In this document: in pieces, positions 29,490-38,449 of the stretch
Layout of the letters: each line of letters begins with the position of its first letter
Numbering within the stretch: position 1 is the first letter of the stretch
Assembly (NCBI GenBank): GCA_963736875.1
Contig: CAVTQH010000002.1
Location: 334,663 to 398,662 of the forward strand
Source: Candidatus Amesbacteria bacterium
GTDB lineage: Bacteria > Patescibacteriota > Microgenomatia > CAZETR01 > Amesbacteraceae
Length of the DNA: 64,000 nucleotides
Direction: 5' to 3'
Notes under the pieces: generated by a model
The model's input: only the letters and a program-made list of their open reading frames with translations
What the model was told of the DNA's origin: nothing
Database searches by the model: none
Position numbers and translations under genes: made by a program

Positions 29490-29855
29490 TTGGGTATACT
29501 AAATCTAGTGCTGGGATTATTAGTCAAAATAGTATTTCTCGCGGCTGCTGCCGGAGCTTTGGGGGTCGGATATACAAAACTCAGAGGGGGACAGGGAATT
29601 AACTTAAGCGTGGATTCGGTTCTGTCCTCGGTGAAATCCGCAGACATCAGTAGTTTAAGCGGAAAATTAAGCCAGGGCTTGGATGCGCTGGTTACCCACC
29701 CCGGCCGTTCTCCGGTGGTTATGGGTATCGAGATCACCGGTGATAGTCTGAAAACCATTGCTGATACCCTTTCAGGTCTTCCTCCTGACCAGCTGGAACA
29801 AATTAAACAGTATATTTGCCAGCCGGCTACGGAATCTCAAAAGCTAAGAGAGTAA
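29490..29855 (+). CDS. Hypothetical membrane-anchored protein
   Basis: N-terminal hydrophobic segment, C-terminal LPPDQLEQIKQYIC; TTG start may be an ATG disrupted by an inserted T. Confidence 0.65.
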   Translation: MGILNLVLGLLVKIVFLAAAAGALGVGYTKLRGGQGINLSVDSVLSSVKSADISSLSGKLSQGLDALVTHPGRSPVVMGIEITGDSLKTIADTLSGLPPDQLEQIKQYICQPATESQKLRE

Positions 29856-29876
29856 ATACAGGTATAATTGGTACGT

Positions 29877-30953
29877 ATGTCTGATACTAAACAACAGTTG
29901 GTTGACCTTAAACTTCGACTTTCTCAAATCCGGACGAAAATCAATCCCGATCTGCTTGACAGAAAAATCAGGGAGCTGGAGGCTGAGAGCACCCACCCGG
30001 AGTTCTGGTCAGATCCCCAATCAGCCCAATCCGTCATGAAGCGATTGTCCGGTCTCCGGGAAGATAAAAACCAAATTGAAAGTTTGGCCAAAGAGCTGGA
30101 AGAAGCCGGCGGGTTGTCTGACCTGATGGGAGAATCCAAAGAACTGACCATGCACGTCAACAAACTTTCCAAAGTGATCGATAAACTTGAGTTGGGAACT
30201 TTTTTAAACAAACCGTATGACGGCAAGAACGCCATTTTATCAATTCATGCCGGACAGGGCGGGGTCGAAGCCATGGATTGGGTGTCAATGCTGTTACGGA
30301 TGTATATCAAATATTGTGACAGCAGGGGTTGGTCGGTCGAGATCGTTGATGAAATGCCCGGGGAGGAAGCCGGACTCAAATCCGCAACTCTCACCGTCAC
30401 CGGACCTTATGCCTACGGATATTTGATCGGGGAAAAAGGTACCCACCGGCTGGTTCGCAAATCCCCTTTTAACGCCGACAACCTCCGCCAGACATCATTT
30501 GCCCTGGTGGAAGTATTACCTGAATTAGAGGAATTGGATGATCAGATTGATATCAAACCCGATGATATTGAATTTGAGGCTTTTCGGGCGACCGGTCACG
30601 GAGGCCAGAATGTCAATAAAGTTTCAACCGCGGTCCGTTTAACCCACAAACCGACCGGAATTTCCGTAGCCTGCCAGACCCAGCGCTTTCAGGAACAAAA
30701 TCGCAAAATTGCCCTCACATTATTAAAAGCCAAACTATGGCAGCTTCAGCAGGAAACCCGCCAATCGGAGGAGAAAAAACTTAAGGGTAGTTACAAAGCC
30801 GCTTCCTGGGGTAATCAGATCCGTTCATACGTTCTTCATCCGTACAGGTTGGTTAAGGATTTGCGGACCGGTATGGAGACCTCTCAGGCCGAGGCTGTTT
30901 TGGACGGTAATCTGGACCTGTTCATCGAGGCCGAAGTCCGTATGCTATACTGA
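29877..30953 (+). CDS. prfB: Peptide chain release factor 2 (continuous ORF)
   Basis: SPF specificity motif (RKSPFN), GGQ (GHGGQNVNK), WGNQIRSYV. Confidence 0.97.
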   Translation: MSDTKQQLVDLKLRLSQIRTKINPDLLDRKIRELEAESTHPEFWSDPQSAQSVMKRLSGLREDKNQIESLAKELEEAGGLSDLMGESKELTMHVNKLSKVIDKLELGTFLNKPYDGKNAILSIHAGQGGVEAMDWVSMLLRMYIKYCDSRGWSVEIVDEMPGEEAGLKSATLTVTGPYAYGYLIGEKGTHRLVRKSPFNADNLRQTSFALVEVLPELEELDDQIDIKPDDIEFEAFRATGHGGQNVNKVSTAVRLTHKPTGISVACQTQRFQEQNRKIALTLLKAKLWQLQQETRQSEEKKLKGSYKAASWGNQIRSYVLHPYRLVKDLRTGMETSQAEAVLDGNLDLFIEAEVRMLY

Positions 30954-30958
30954 AACTT

Positions 30959-31426
30959 ATGGAAGAAAAACCATTAGTCACCCCGATAAATCCCCAAACT
31001 CTGACACCGCAAAAGCCTTCAGTGGCAACTCCAAATGTTCATTCTAAAACACCAATGCTGTTATTTATTGCGTTAATTTTAGCGGGCATTGTCACGGGAT
31101 ATTTTCTCTCCCAAAAAACCGGCAGTTCTTCCGGTACCACTGCCTCCGGTAAGGATATTGTCAATACCAAGACCGAAATTGGATCCACAGACACTGTCAC
31201 CTTTCGGGATACCGCCCAGGGGACATTGGAAGCCGGAGGGTTAAACGGCGAAGGGACTCACAAGTTAATCCGTGACGGCGGCCCGAGCAAGACTGTTTAT
31301 CTTGTTTCCTCCATTATCGATCTGGATGCTTATGTGGGTAAAAAGATCGAGGTGTGGGGTGAGACTCTCAGAGCCCAGAAAGTTGGCTGGCTTATGGACG
31401 TCGGGCGCCTGAAAATACTAGAATAG
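30959..31426 (+). CDS. Hypothetical membrane-anchored protein
   Basis: Single TM then GEGTHKL.R.GGPS.TVYL.SS..DL...WLMDVGR domain. Confidence 0.75.
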   Translation: MEEKPLVTPINPQTLTPQKPSVATPNVHSKTPMLLFIALILAGIVTGYFLSQKTGSSSGTTASGKDIVNTKTEIGSTDTVTFRDTAQGTLEAGGLNGEGTHKLIRDGGPSKTVYLVSSIIDLDAYVGKKIEVWGETLRAQKVGWLMDVGRLKILE

Positions 31427-31433
31427 ACCTGTC

Positions 31434-32111
31434 ATGGTTGTAGCAGAGGATCTTACAAAAAAATTCGGCAGTCTGGTTGCCCTGGACAAGGTTAATGTGA
31501 CCATTGATACCGGTGAATTTGTATTTTTAACCGGGCCTTCCGGTTCGGGTAAAACCACGTTTTTAAGATTAATCATCAGGGATTTGAAACCGGATGAAGG
31601 AAAACTTCGGGTAAATGATCAGGATTTAAACGGACTTCCCTCCAAGAAACTGCCTCTTTTCAGACGGAACATCGGTATGGTTTATCAGGATTTCAAGCTT
31701 TTAAATGACTTAAGCGTCAGGGAAAATGTGGCTTTACCGCTGGAAGTCCGGGGAGTCCGCAGTCCGGACATTATATCGGCGGTAAATATTGCCCTGGAAA
31801 TGGTGGGATTGGATAAAAAAGACACGCTTTTCCCGGCTCAGCTTTCGGGGGGGGAACTTCAGCGGGTGGGTTTGGCCCGGGCGATTGTGGGAAAACCCAA
31901 ACTATTGCTGGCTGACGAACCCACCGGAAACTTGGATCCGAAGACAGCTAAAGCAATAGTCAAACTCATGAAAGAGATTCATACTCATTTACATACCACG
32001 GTAATTATTGCGACCCACAATAGCGAGATTGTTAATCTTTACAATCTCCGGGTAATCGCCCTGGAAAATGGCCGGCTGGTAAAAGATTTATCCGAAGGAA
32101 AATATGACTAA
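31434..32111 (+). CDS. ftsE: Cell division ATP-binding protein FtsE
   Basis: GPSGSGKTT, RRNIGMVYQDFKLL, LSGGELQRV, ADEPTGNLD; upstream of ftsX. Confidence 0.93.
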   Translation: MVVAEDLTKKFGSLVALDKVNVTIDTGEFVFLTGPSGSGKTTFLRLIIRDLKPDEGKLRVNDQDLNGLPSKKLPLFRRNIGMVYQDFKLLNDLSVRENVALPLEVRGVRSPDIISAVNIALEMVGLDKKDTLFPAQLSGGELQRVGLARAIVGKPKLLLADEPTGNLDPKTAKAIVKLMKEIHTHLHTTVIIATHNSEIVNLYNLRVIALENGRLVKDLSEGKYD

Positions 32112-32982
32112 AGCAATAAATACTGCCTGGCAAAGAATCCGCCGGGCTCCTTATCAGACTTTGGCTGCCGTATCCATTATGACCATGACGCTTTTTTTAG
32201 CCAGCGTTTTCTTTTTAATTGCCGCCGGATCCCAGGCAGTCCTGAAATATTTCGAAACCCGGCCTCAGGTCAATGCCTTCTATCGGCCGGATTATATTCC
32301 CAAAAGCGAGCAAATTGAAGCAATCAAAACCGAGCTGGAGAGTACCGGACTGGTGGAATCGTTTAAATATATATCCAAGGAAGATGCCCTGAAGTTATAT
32401 CAGGATTTAAATAAGTCGGACCCGTTGCTTTTGGAAGCTGTAACAGCCCAAATGCTCCCGGCTTCTTTGGAAATATCGGCTAAAAGTCCCTCAGACCTCA
32501 AAGTCATCAGCCAGGCGGTCCAGCGGATTGAAGGGGTGGACGATGTGCGTTTTGCTGAGGATATCGTCAGCTCCCTGACCCAATGGACCAACTCGGTCAG
32601 AATCATCGGGGGTTCGTTAATCGGTGCTCACATCCTGATTACATTGATCATTATCCTTTTGATAATCGGGATAAAGGTTGCCAACCGGCGGGATGAAATT
32701 CAGATCCTGCAGCTGGTGGGAGCGGCTCCGGGTTTCATCTCCTTCCCCTTTATCTGGGAGGGGATTATATATGGATTGTTCGGGGCGGTTATTGCCTGGG
32801 TCGTTTCCTATCTTCTGCTTCTGTCCTCCATGAACTTTTTAAACACCTTCTTATCCGGTATTCCGATACTGCCGGTTTCAGTCTGGTTTATGCTCAAGCT
32901 TTTAGGGGCCGAGCTGGGTATCGGAGCATTGGTCGGAGGTTTGGGAGGGGTAATCGCCTCCCGGCGTTTTCTCAAAGCATGA
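32104..32982 (+). CDS. ftsX: Cell division permease FtsX
   Basis: TM, extracellular YISKEDAL...LPASLEI, RRDEI.I..LVGA...FI..PF..EG. Confidence 0.93.
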   Translation: MTKAINTAWQRIRRAPYQTLAAVSIMTMTLFLASVFFLIAAGSQAVLKYFETRPQVNAFYRPDYIPKSEQIEAIKTELESTGLVESFKYISKEDALKLYQDLNKSDPLLLEAVTAQMLPASLEISAKSPSDLKVISQAVQRIEGVDDVRFAEDIVSSLTQWTNSVRIIGGSLIGAHILITLIIILLIIGIKVANRRDEIQILQLVGAAPGFISFPFIWEGIIYGLFGAVIAWVVSYLLLLSSMNFLNTFLSGIPILPVSVWFMLKLLGAELGIGALVGGLGGVIASRRFLKA

Positions 32983-34055
32983 GCAGGCGGGTAATTATAT
33001 TTATTCTTCTTCTGGGATTTATCACCCCCGTTTTTTTGGCAAAAGCATCAACTTTGGAGGATAAACAAAAACAAATCGAAGAATTGGAAAAAAAAGTGTC
33101 TGATTTAAAGAACCAGGCCAATACTTTAGCCGGTCAGATCTTATACTACGATAATCAAATATCACTAAACCAGCTGAAAATTTCCCAAACTGAGGACTTA
33201 ATATCTTCAATATCAGGCAAAATTGATCTTCTGGAAAGAAAATTGCAGTCCCGGGCAATTCTTTTGGAAAAGCAAATTGTGGTCACTTATAAACAGGGCA
33301 AGCTTGATCCTCTGCAGCTGGTATTCTCTTCCGATGATTTTTCACAGATAATTTCACGGATCAAATATGCCCAGCTGGTTCAGAGTAACAGCCGCCGTCT
33401 ACTGTATGACGCCCAGGTGCTTCAGACAAATTATTCCCAGCAAAAGGATCTGATCGAGGAGTCAAAAAAAAAGTTGCAGGTTCAAAAAACCACTCTCTCA
33501 AACATCAGGGAGGAGAAGGACAACCTGCTCGTTCAAACCAAAAACAGTGAATCGATTTACAAAAAGCAGCTGGAGCAAGCCCAGTTGGAACTGGCGGCTA
33601 TTCAAAATGCCCTGGCCTCGGCTGTCAGGGAAGGTCCGGTAAAAAAGGGTGATGTGATAGCTCTGGTGGGTAATACAGGATATCCCGACTGTTCCACGGG
33701 CAAACATCTGCATTTCGAAGTCCAAAAAAATGATACCTGGGTTAATGCTGAAACGTATTTAAGAAATATTACCGATAAATGGGGATTAAACATTGGTTCC
33801 GGCAGCTGGGACTGGCCGATTGGCGGAGACATTCAAATTACCCAGCGTTATGGTAAAACCCCTTATTCTTATCGCTACGTCTATAGCGGCGGAATTCATA
33901 CCGGGATTGACATGATCAGCGACAATGACGTTATCAGAGCTACAGCCGACGGGACTTTGTACTCTTCCCTCCAAAAATGCGGCAACTCACCGCTTAAAAT
34001 CAAATACATTGACCACGGCAACGGTCTGAAAACCTTCTTTCTCCACGTCCAATAA
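32979..34055 (+). CDS. EnvC/PcsB-like coiled-coil protein with a circularly permuted M23 peptidase domain
   Basis: Signal peptide, long coiled coil, then GNTG..CSTGKHLHFEV preceding WPI...HTGID...HGNGLKT..LH. Confidence 0.85.
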   Translation: MSRRVIIFILLLGFITPVFLAKASTLEDKQKQIEELEKKVSDLKNQANTLAGQILYYDNQISLNQLKISQTEDLISSISGKIDLLERKLQSRAILLEKQIVVTYKQGKLDPLQLVFSSDDFSQIISRIKYAQLVQSNSRRLLYDAQVLQTNYSQQKDLIEESKKKLQVQKTTLSNIREEKDNLLVQTKNSESIYKKQLEQAQLELAAIQNALASAVREGPVKKGDVIALVGNTGYPDCSTGKHLHFEVQKNDTWVNAETYLRNITDKWGLNIGSGSWDWPIGGDIQITQRYGKTPYSYRYVYSGGIHTGIDMISDNDVIRATADGTLYSSLQKCGNSPLKIKYIDHGNGLKTFFLHVQ

Positions 34056-34072
34056 TCTGTTATATTATTTTT

Positions 34073-34813
34073 ATGCTCAAATCTGCCCATTGGGTAGGTC
34101 TGTTGTTTGTTTTATTCTCGATTTTTCCTGCCCCGGCTTCAGCTCTTACACTGACTTTTTCATCTCCCCCCGATCCGGTCATTGCAGATGAAGAAATTCT
34201 TCTCACTGTTTCATTAACGTGTTCCGGTTGCGGGCAATCTTACCTTCGCGGTGTATTTTTTCCTTCAGGCAGTAATTATTTCGGCTTAACCCAAAATAAT
34301 TCGAATGATTGGATAGGGACTGCTTCGGATAAAACTCTTTACTTTCATATTGCCCCCGAAGAAATTATCAGCAGTTCCTGGAGCGGACAAATTAAATTCA
34401 AGGCCAATTCGGACTCCTCTTTTTTTACGGGACCAGGCCAGTATTTTTTCAAAATCGGGCGCTACACCTCGGCCAGCAGTAGTGCTACCTGGTCCGACCA
34501 GGTAGCGGTTAATTTGGCTTACCCGACTCCCACTCCCGAACCTACAATCAAACCGACTCCGGAACCTACCCCCGAACCTACACCGACCCCTATCCCCGAG
34601 CCAACTCCCACTTCCGAACCCCCTTCAACTCCCACCCCTCCTTCCACTCCTCCACCTGAGCCGTCAATAACCCCTCTGCCCACCTGCACTCCCATGCCTG
34701 CCCCAAAGCTTTTTCCCTTACGTTTTTCAAAATTTATTAACTTCTTCAACAGGTCTGGGTACCAACACTTACTGTCACGTATTTCCCTGATTTTTTCATC
34801 ACTGCGCCCCTAG
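34073..34813 (+). CDS. Secreted/surface protein with CSGC domain and Pro/Thr/Glu linker (paralog 1)
   Basis: Signal peptide ASA; LTCSGCGQSYLRGVFFPSGSNYFG..W..Y...WSG; PTPEPT repeats. Confidence 0.75.
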   Translation: MLKSAHWVGLLFVLFSIFPAPASALTLTFSSPPDPVIADEEILLTVSLTCSGCGQSYLRGVFFPSGSNYFGLTQNNSNDWIGTASDKTLYFHIAPEEIISSSWSGQIKFKANSDSSFFTGPGQYFFKIGRYTSASSSATWSDQVAVNLAYPTPTPEPTIKPTPEPTPEPTPTPIPEPTPTSEPPSTPTPPSTPPPEPSITPLPTCTPMPAPKLFPLRFSKFINFFNRSGYQHLLSRISLIFSSLRP

Positions 34814-34814
34814 C

Positions 34815-35570
34815 ATGAGATGGAAGCTGATACCTGCTTCGGCTTTAGCTATGGTGATATCCTTAAACGGCTTTCCGCTTTCGGTTAATTTTGACCAGGA
34901 AATTCCCGTTACGGTTTCCCTTTCCTGTTCCGGATGCAGTGATTCCTATTTACGGGTGGTCTTTTTCCCAACAGGCACTAATTATTTTGGTTTTACCAAA
35001 AATAATACCGGAAATTGGATTTCCACCACCGCCGACAAAACCCAATACTTTCGTGTTTCTGCTGACGAAACCAAAGCCGGTACCTGGAGCGGAACTCTGA
35101 ATTCAAAATTGGATTCGGAGGACTCGGCTTATTCCGGTCCCGGGAGTTACTTTTTAAAAGTTATCCGGTATACCGCCGGAGGCAGTAAGTCCGGAGAAAC
35201 AGAAACAGTGGAAATCAGTGTCACCGGACCGTCTCCAACTTTGACACCGGTTCCTACCCCGCTTCCTACGCCCACCCCGACCTATAAAAAAGCCGTATTT
35301 ACCCCCACGGCTACCATTTATAATACCAAGACACCTGAACGCGCAGGGGAGACAATAAATACTCCGATTCCGTCAATTTTCACACCTTCATTCACACCCT
35401 TACCCACCATCGATAACGAGCCTCATCAGGTCCTCTCATCATCCGATTCGTCTGATGTATCAGATCCGGGTTCATCATGGATGGGTAAGTCATTGGTTAT
35501 CGCCGGTTTGGGTGTTTTCTTATGTTCTTTCCTTTATCTTCTAAAATCAGGTAAAATTTCCTTTCCATGA
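34815..35570 (+). CDS. Surface protein with CSGC domain, Pro/Thr linker and C-terminal TM (paralog 2)
   Basis: LSCSGCSDSYLRVVFFPTGTNYFG..W..Y...WSG; C-terminal hydrophobic helix plus Lys tail. Confidence 0.75.
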   Translation: MRWKLIPASALAMVISLNGFPLSVNFDQEIPVTVSLSCSGCSDSYLRVVFFPTGTNYFGFTKNNTGNWISTTADKTQYFRVSADETKAGTWSGTLNSKLDSEDSAYSGPGSYFLKVIRYTAGGSKSGETETVEISVTGPSPTLTPVPTPLPTPTPTYKKAVFTPTATIYNTKTPERAGETINTPIPSIFTPSFTPLPTIDNEPHQVLSSSDSSDVSDPGSSWMGKSLVIAGLGVFLCSFLYLLKSGKISFP

Positions 35571-35944
35571 TTAATAATCGGTTTCCCAAATGGGTATATT
35601 GGACCCCGACAATTATCTGGATGCTGGTAATTTTCGGTTTTTCCGCCCGTCCTGTTTTCCATGCCTCTGTTATTGATTGGCAGGACTTTTTTATCAAAAA
35701 AACAGCTCACTTTGTTGAATATTTCACTCTGGCACTACTGATGTATTTTTCATTCAGGCAGACAACCTCACTTACCCGCTCATTCTGCTTACTATATACC
35801 ATTATTATTACCATCATGTATGCTGTAACCGATGAATTTCACCAGACTTTTGTGCCTGGCAGGGAAGGCCGGATGAGAGACATATTAATAGACAGCAGTG
35901 GTGTTTTTATGTTTGTTCTGCTTCAGCGTTTCAAACCCTCTTGA
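35567..35944 (+). CDS. VanZ-family membrane protein
   Basis: KTAHFVEYF, YAVTDEFHQTFVPGREG...DILID. Confidence 0.92.
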   Translation: MINNRFPKWVYWTPTIIWMLVIFGFSARPVFHASVIDWQDFFIKKTAHFVEYFTLALLMYFSFRQTTSLTRSFCLLYTIIITIMYAVTDEFHQTFVPGREGRMRDILIDSSGVFMFVLLQRFKPS

Positions 35945-35968
35945 CAAGAATAATTATAGGTCTATAAT
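35941..35968 (+). promoter_or_regulatory. Consensus sigma-70 promoter of the Fn3-sortase operon
   Basis: TTGACA (35941-35946), 16 nt, TATAAT (35963-35968). Confidence 0.75.
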
Positions 35969-36000
35969 GCACTTACTCCTGCTCTTCCGGCCCGCAGAAT

Positions 36001-36657
36001 ATGAAGAATTTTCGCAAGAATATTATACTGACCGCTATTCTGTTGTTCCTTATAGCGATTAATGTCTCAGTGGCTTTTGCCTGTGAGCCTACACCCACAC
36101 CTAAACCTCCCTGTCCGACCGAAACTCCCTCTCCTACACCCACCACCACTCCGGAACCTACTCCTACTGTTACACCGCCTCCGGAAACCACACCCTTTCC
36201 ACAGCCCTGTAATGGCTGCGGCGGATGGCCGTCTGCTCCTACCTGCGGTGCTACCAAACCCAGTACCCCCCAGCTTATCTCTGCTGTCCGTCATGGTACA
36301 ACCGCTGTTTTAACCTGGACCGCTTCCGCTCCCGTCACCCACTATTCCATTTCATACGGTGTTAAACCGGGTGAATATATCTACGGTGCTGCAAATGTCG
36401 GCAATGTGACTACGTATACAGTAGGCAGCCTGGATCCGGGTACCCAATATTATTTCTCGGTTCGCGGTGTCAATGACTGTATGCCCTCAGATCCTTCCAC
36501 TTCCGGCCAGGTTCTGGGACTTGCTGTCGGCGGTGCCCAGGTTAAAGGTTTGGCCTCTACCGGGAATTTACCTCTGATATACTCACTGGTCTTTACCGGC
36601 TGTTCATTTTTAACTCTTTCCCTTTCTTCCAGCCGTCTCAAAAACTATCTTTCCTAA
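36001..36657 (+). CDS. Fibronectin type III surface protein with LASTG sortase-type sorting signal
   Basis: Signal peptide AFA; Pro/Thr linker; Fn3 (LTWT..Y.ISYG...L.PGT.YYF.VRGVN); LASTG, TM, RLKN tail. Confidence 0.85.
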   Translation: MKNFRKNIILTAILLFLIAINVSVAFACEPTPTPKPPCPTETPSPTPTTTPEPTPTVTPPPETTPFPQPCNGCGGWPSAPTCGATKPSTPQLISAVRHGTTAVLTWTASAPVTHYSISYGVKPGEYIYGAANVGNVTTYTVGSLDPGTQYYFSVRGVNDCMPSDPSTSGQVLGLAVGGAQVKGLASTGNLPLIYSLVFTGCSFLTLSLSSSRLKNYLS

Positions 36658-37745
36658 TATGAAGTCTTTTCGTAAAAATCTCATCCTGACAACTGTTCTG
36701 TCATTTCTCGTCGCTGTAAATTTTTCGGTAGTTTTCGCCTCCGATGATAAAAAAGTAGATCTTTGTCATTGTGAGAGAGCTGTCCAGGGGGATGTATTTC
36801 AATGCCAGACTTTGAATATCAATGAAAATGCATTAAGCGCACACATAGGAATCCACCAGAGTGATTATCTGGGACCATGTAATATTCCACTTCCCACACC
36901 CGATCCTACCCACAGTCCCTGTCCGACTCCCACTCCCATCACCACCCCCGAACCTACCCCTACCAGCTGCCCTGAACCCACCCCACAAGCCCCGTCTTTC
37001 CCGGTTTGTGAGAATCAGACTGAAAACGGAGATGTTCACTATGCCACCGGGTCACATGAAATCGCCGGTGATGAAATAGGACGACTGGAAGGCAGGGACG
37101 ATGTATATAACTTAGGCGGCTGGTATTACACCCAATGTTTCTGTTCCCCCGAAGGACGGGGAATCCAGACCAACTGGACTCCGGTGAGTGAAGGATCCGA
37201 GTGGGGACCTGATTGGGGTCTGAACAGAACTCACTACAATTACCAGAATAGGGAATATAACTGCGGCAACCCCACTCCCACTCCCACGGTTTCCCCGGAG
37301 CCTACCCCCACCGGATTTCCTCAGCCCTGTAATGGCTGCGGCGGATGGCCTTCAGCTCCTTCCTGCGGTGCCACCAAACCCAGTTGCCCCGTACTTTTAT
37401 CCGAAGTCCGCCATGGTACAACCGCTGTTTTAACCTGGACCGCTTCCGCTCCCGTCACCCACTATTCCGTTTCATACGGTGTTAAACCGGGTGAATATAT
37501 TTACGGCGCTGCCAACGTCGGCAATGTGACTACCTATACCGTAGGCAGCCTGGATCCTGGTACCAAGTATTATTTTGAAGTTCGGGGCGTCAATGACTGT
37601 ATGCCCTCCGATCCTTCCACTTCCTGCCAGGTTTTGGGATTGGCTATTGGCGGCGGTGAAGTCAAAGGTTTGGCTTTCACCGGGAATTCGTCCCTGATAT
37701 ACTTACTGATGTTTACCGGCTGTGCATTCCTTACCTTATCCCTGG
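36202..37745 (+). repeat. Diverged direct repeat encoding the shared Fn3 and sorting signal: about 36202-36625 and 37322-37745 (offset 1120 nt)
   Basis: Long identical stretches such as cagccctgtaatggctgcggcggatggcc and catggtacaaccgctgttttaacctggaccgcttccgctcccgtcacccactattcc. Confidence 0.93.
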
Positions 37746-37777
37746 CTTCGAACCGTTTTAAAGGCAATATTGCCTAA
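36659..37777 (+). CDS. Fibronectin type III surface protein with Cys-rich modules and LAFTG sorting signal
   Basis: Signal peptide; KVDLCH..H...H..DYLGPC module; same Fn3 as upstream paralog; LAFTG, TM, RFKG tail. Confidence 0.85.
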   Translation: MKSFRKNLILTTVLSFLVAVNFSVVFASDDKKVDLCHCERAVQGDVFQCQTLNINENALSAHIGIHQSDYLGPCNIPLPTPDPTHSPCPTPTPITTPEPTPTSCPEPTPQAPSFPVCENQTENGDVHYATGSHEIAGDEIGRLEGRDDVYNLGGWYYTQCFCSPEGRGIQTNWTPVSEGSEWGPDWGLNRTHYNYQNREYNCGNPTPTPTVSPEPTPTGFPQPCNGCGGWPSAPSCGATKPSCPVLLSEVRHGTTAVLTWTASAPVTHYSVSYGVKPGEYIYGAANVGNVTTYTVGSLDPGTKYYFEVRGVNDCMPSDPSTSCQVLGLAIGGGEVKGLAFTGNSSLIYLLMFTGCAFLTLSLASNRFKGNIA

Positions 37778-38315
37778 GCTTCCCCGGATATTTCTTATTC
37801 TTTCCGCTGTATGTTTTGTCGTGGCAGGTTACCTTGTCTGGCAGCGGTATTTCAACCCTTTTCCCCTGGATTTCTCATCTGCCCCTCCTCCCGCTGTTTC
37901 AAAAATCACTTTTTTACCCACCCGGATACAAATCCCCGATCTGCAGGTTGATCTGCCGGTAATCCCGGCGCAGATAGTCAACGGTCATTGGCAAACCACC
38001 CCCACGGGCGTATCCTATCTGACCACTTCCGCCCGTCCGGGACAGCCGGGTAACAGCATCTTCTACGGTCACAACTGGCCCCGGCTTTTAGGCGGACTAA
38101 AAAAGATTAAACCCGGCGCTGTTTTAATTGTTAATACTTCAGCCGATCATTTCCCGGTGGTTTTCCGGGTTTCCCAGGTAAAAACGGTTTCTCCTACCGA
38201 TATCAGTATTCTTGCTTCCACCATCCGTCCCCAACTGACTCTTTACACCTGCACCGGCTTCTCGGATTCACTGCGTCTGGTGGTTATTGCCTACCCGCAG
38301 GTGGCGGCAAAATAA
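37770..38315 (+). CDS. Sortase
   Basis: N-terminal TM; RIQIPDL.VD.PV, PG.PGNS..YGHN (His), LTLYTC (Cys), LRLVV (Arg); TTG start inferred. Confidence 0.9.
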   Translation: MPKLPRIFLILSAVCFVVAGYLVWQRYFNPFPLDFSSAPPPAVSKITFLPTRIQIPDLQVDLPVIPAQIVNGHWQTTPTGVSYLTTSARPGQPGNSIFYGHNWPRLLGGLKKIKPGAVLIVNTSADHFPVVFRVSQVKTVSPTDISILASTIRPQLTLYTCTGFSDSLRLVVIAYPQVAAK

Positions 38316-38449
38316 TCAATCGGCCAGCGGACCCATCCCAGATAGTTCATAATCATTAATGCCGAGAACACGCCCGTACCCGCCGTCAGCGCCATAAATC
38401 CCCAGTTAAAAGTCTCCTTAAGAAAGTTTCCGGATTTTCTTATCCGCAT
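38291..38449 (-). CDS. Possible 52-aa single-TM small protein
   Basis: MRIRKSGNFLKETFNWGFMALTAGTGVFSALMIMNYLGWVRWPIDYFAATCG; fills the gap and overlaps both neighbours. Confidence 0.35.
   Translation of the reverse strand: MRIRKSGNFLKETFNWGFMALTAGTGVFSALMIMNYLGWVRWPIDYFAATCG

Noticed and set aside
36202-37745. Repeat pairs as a diversity-generating retroelement template/variable region (also 10284-11320)
   Set aside because: No reverse transcriptase in the window; both copies are coding and differences are not adenine-specific
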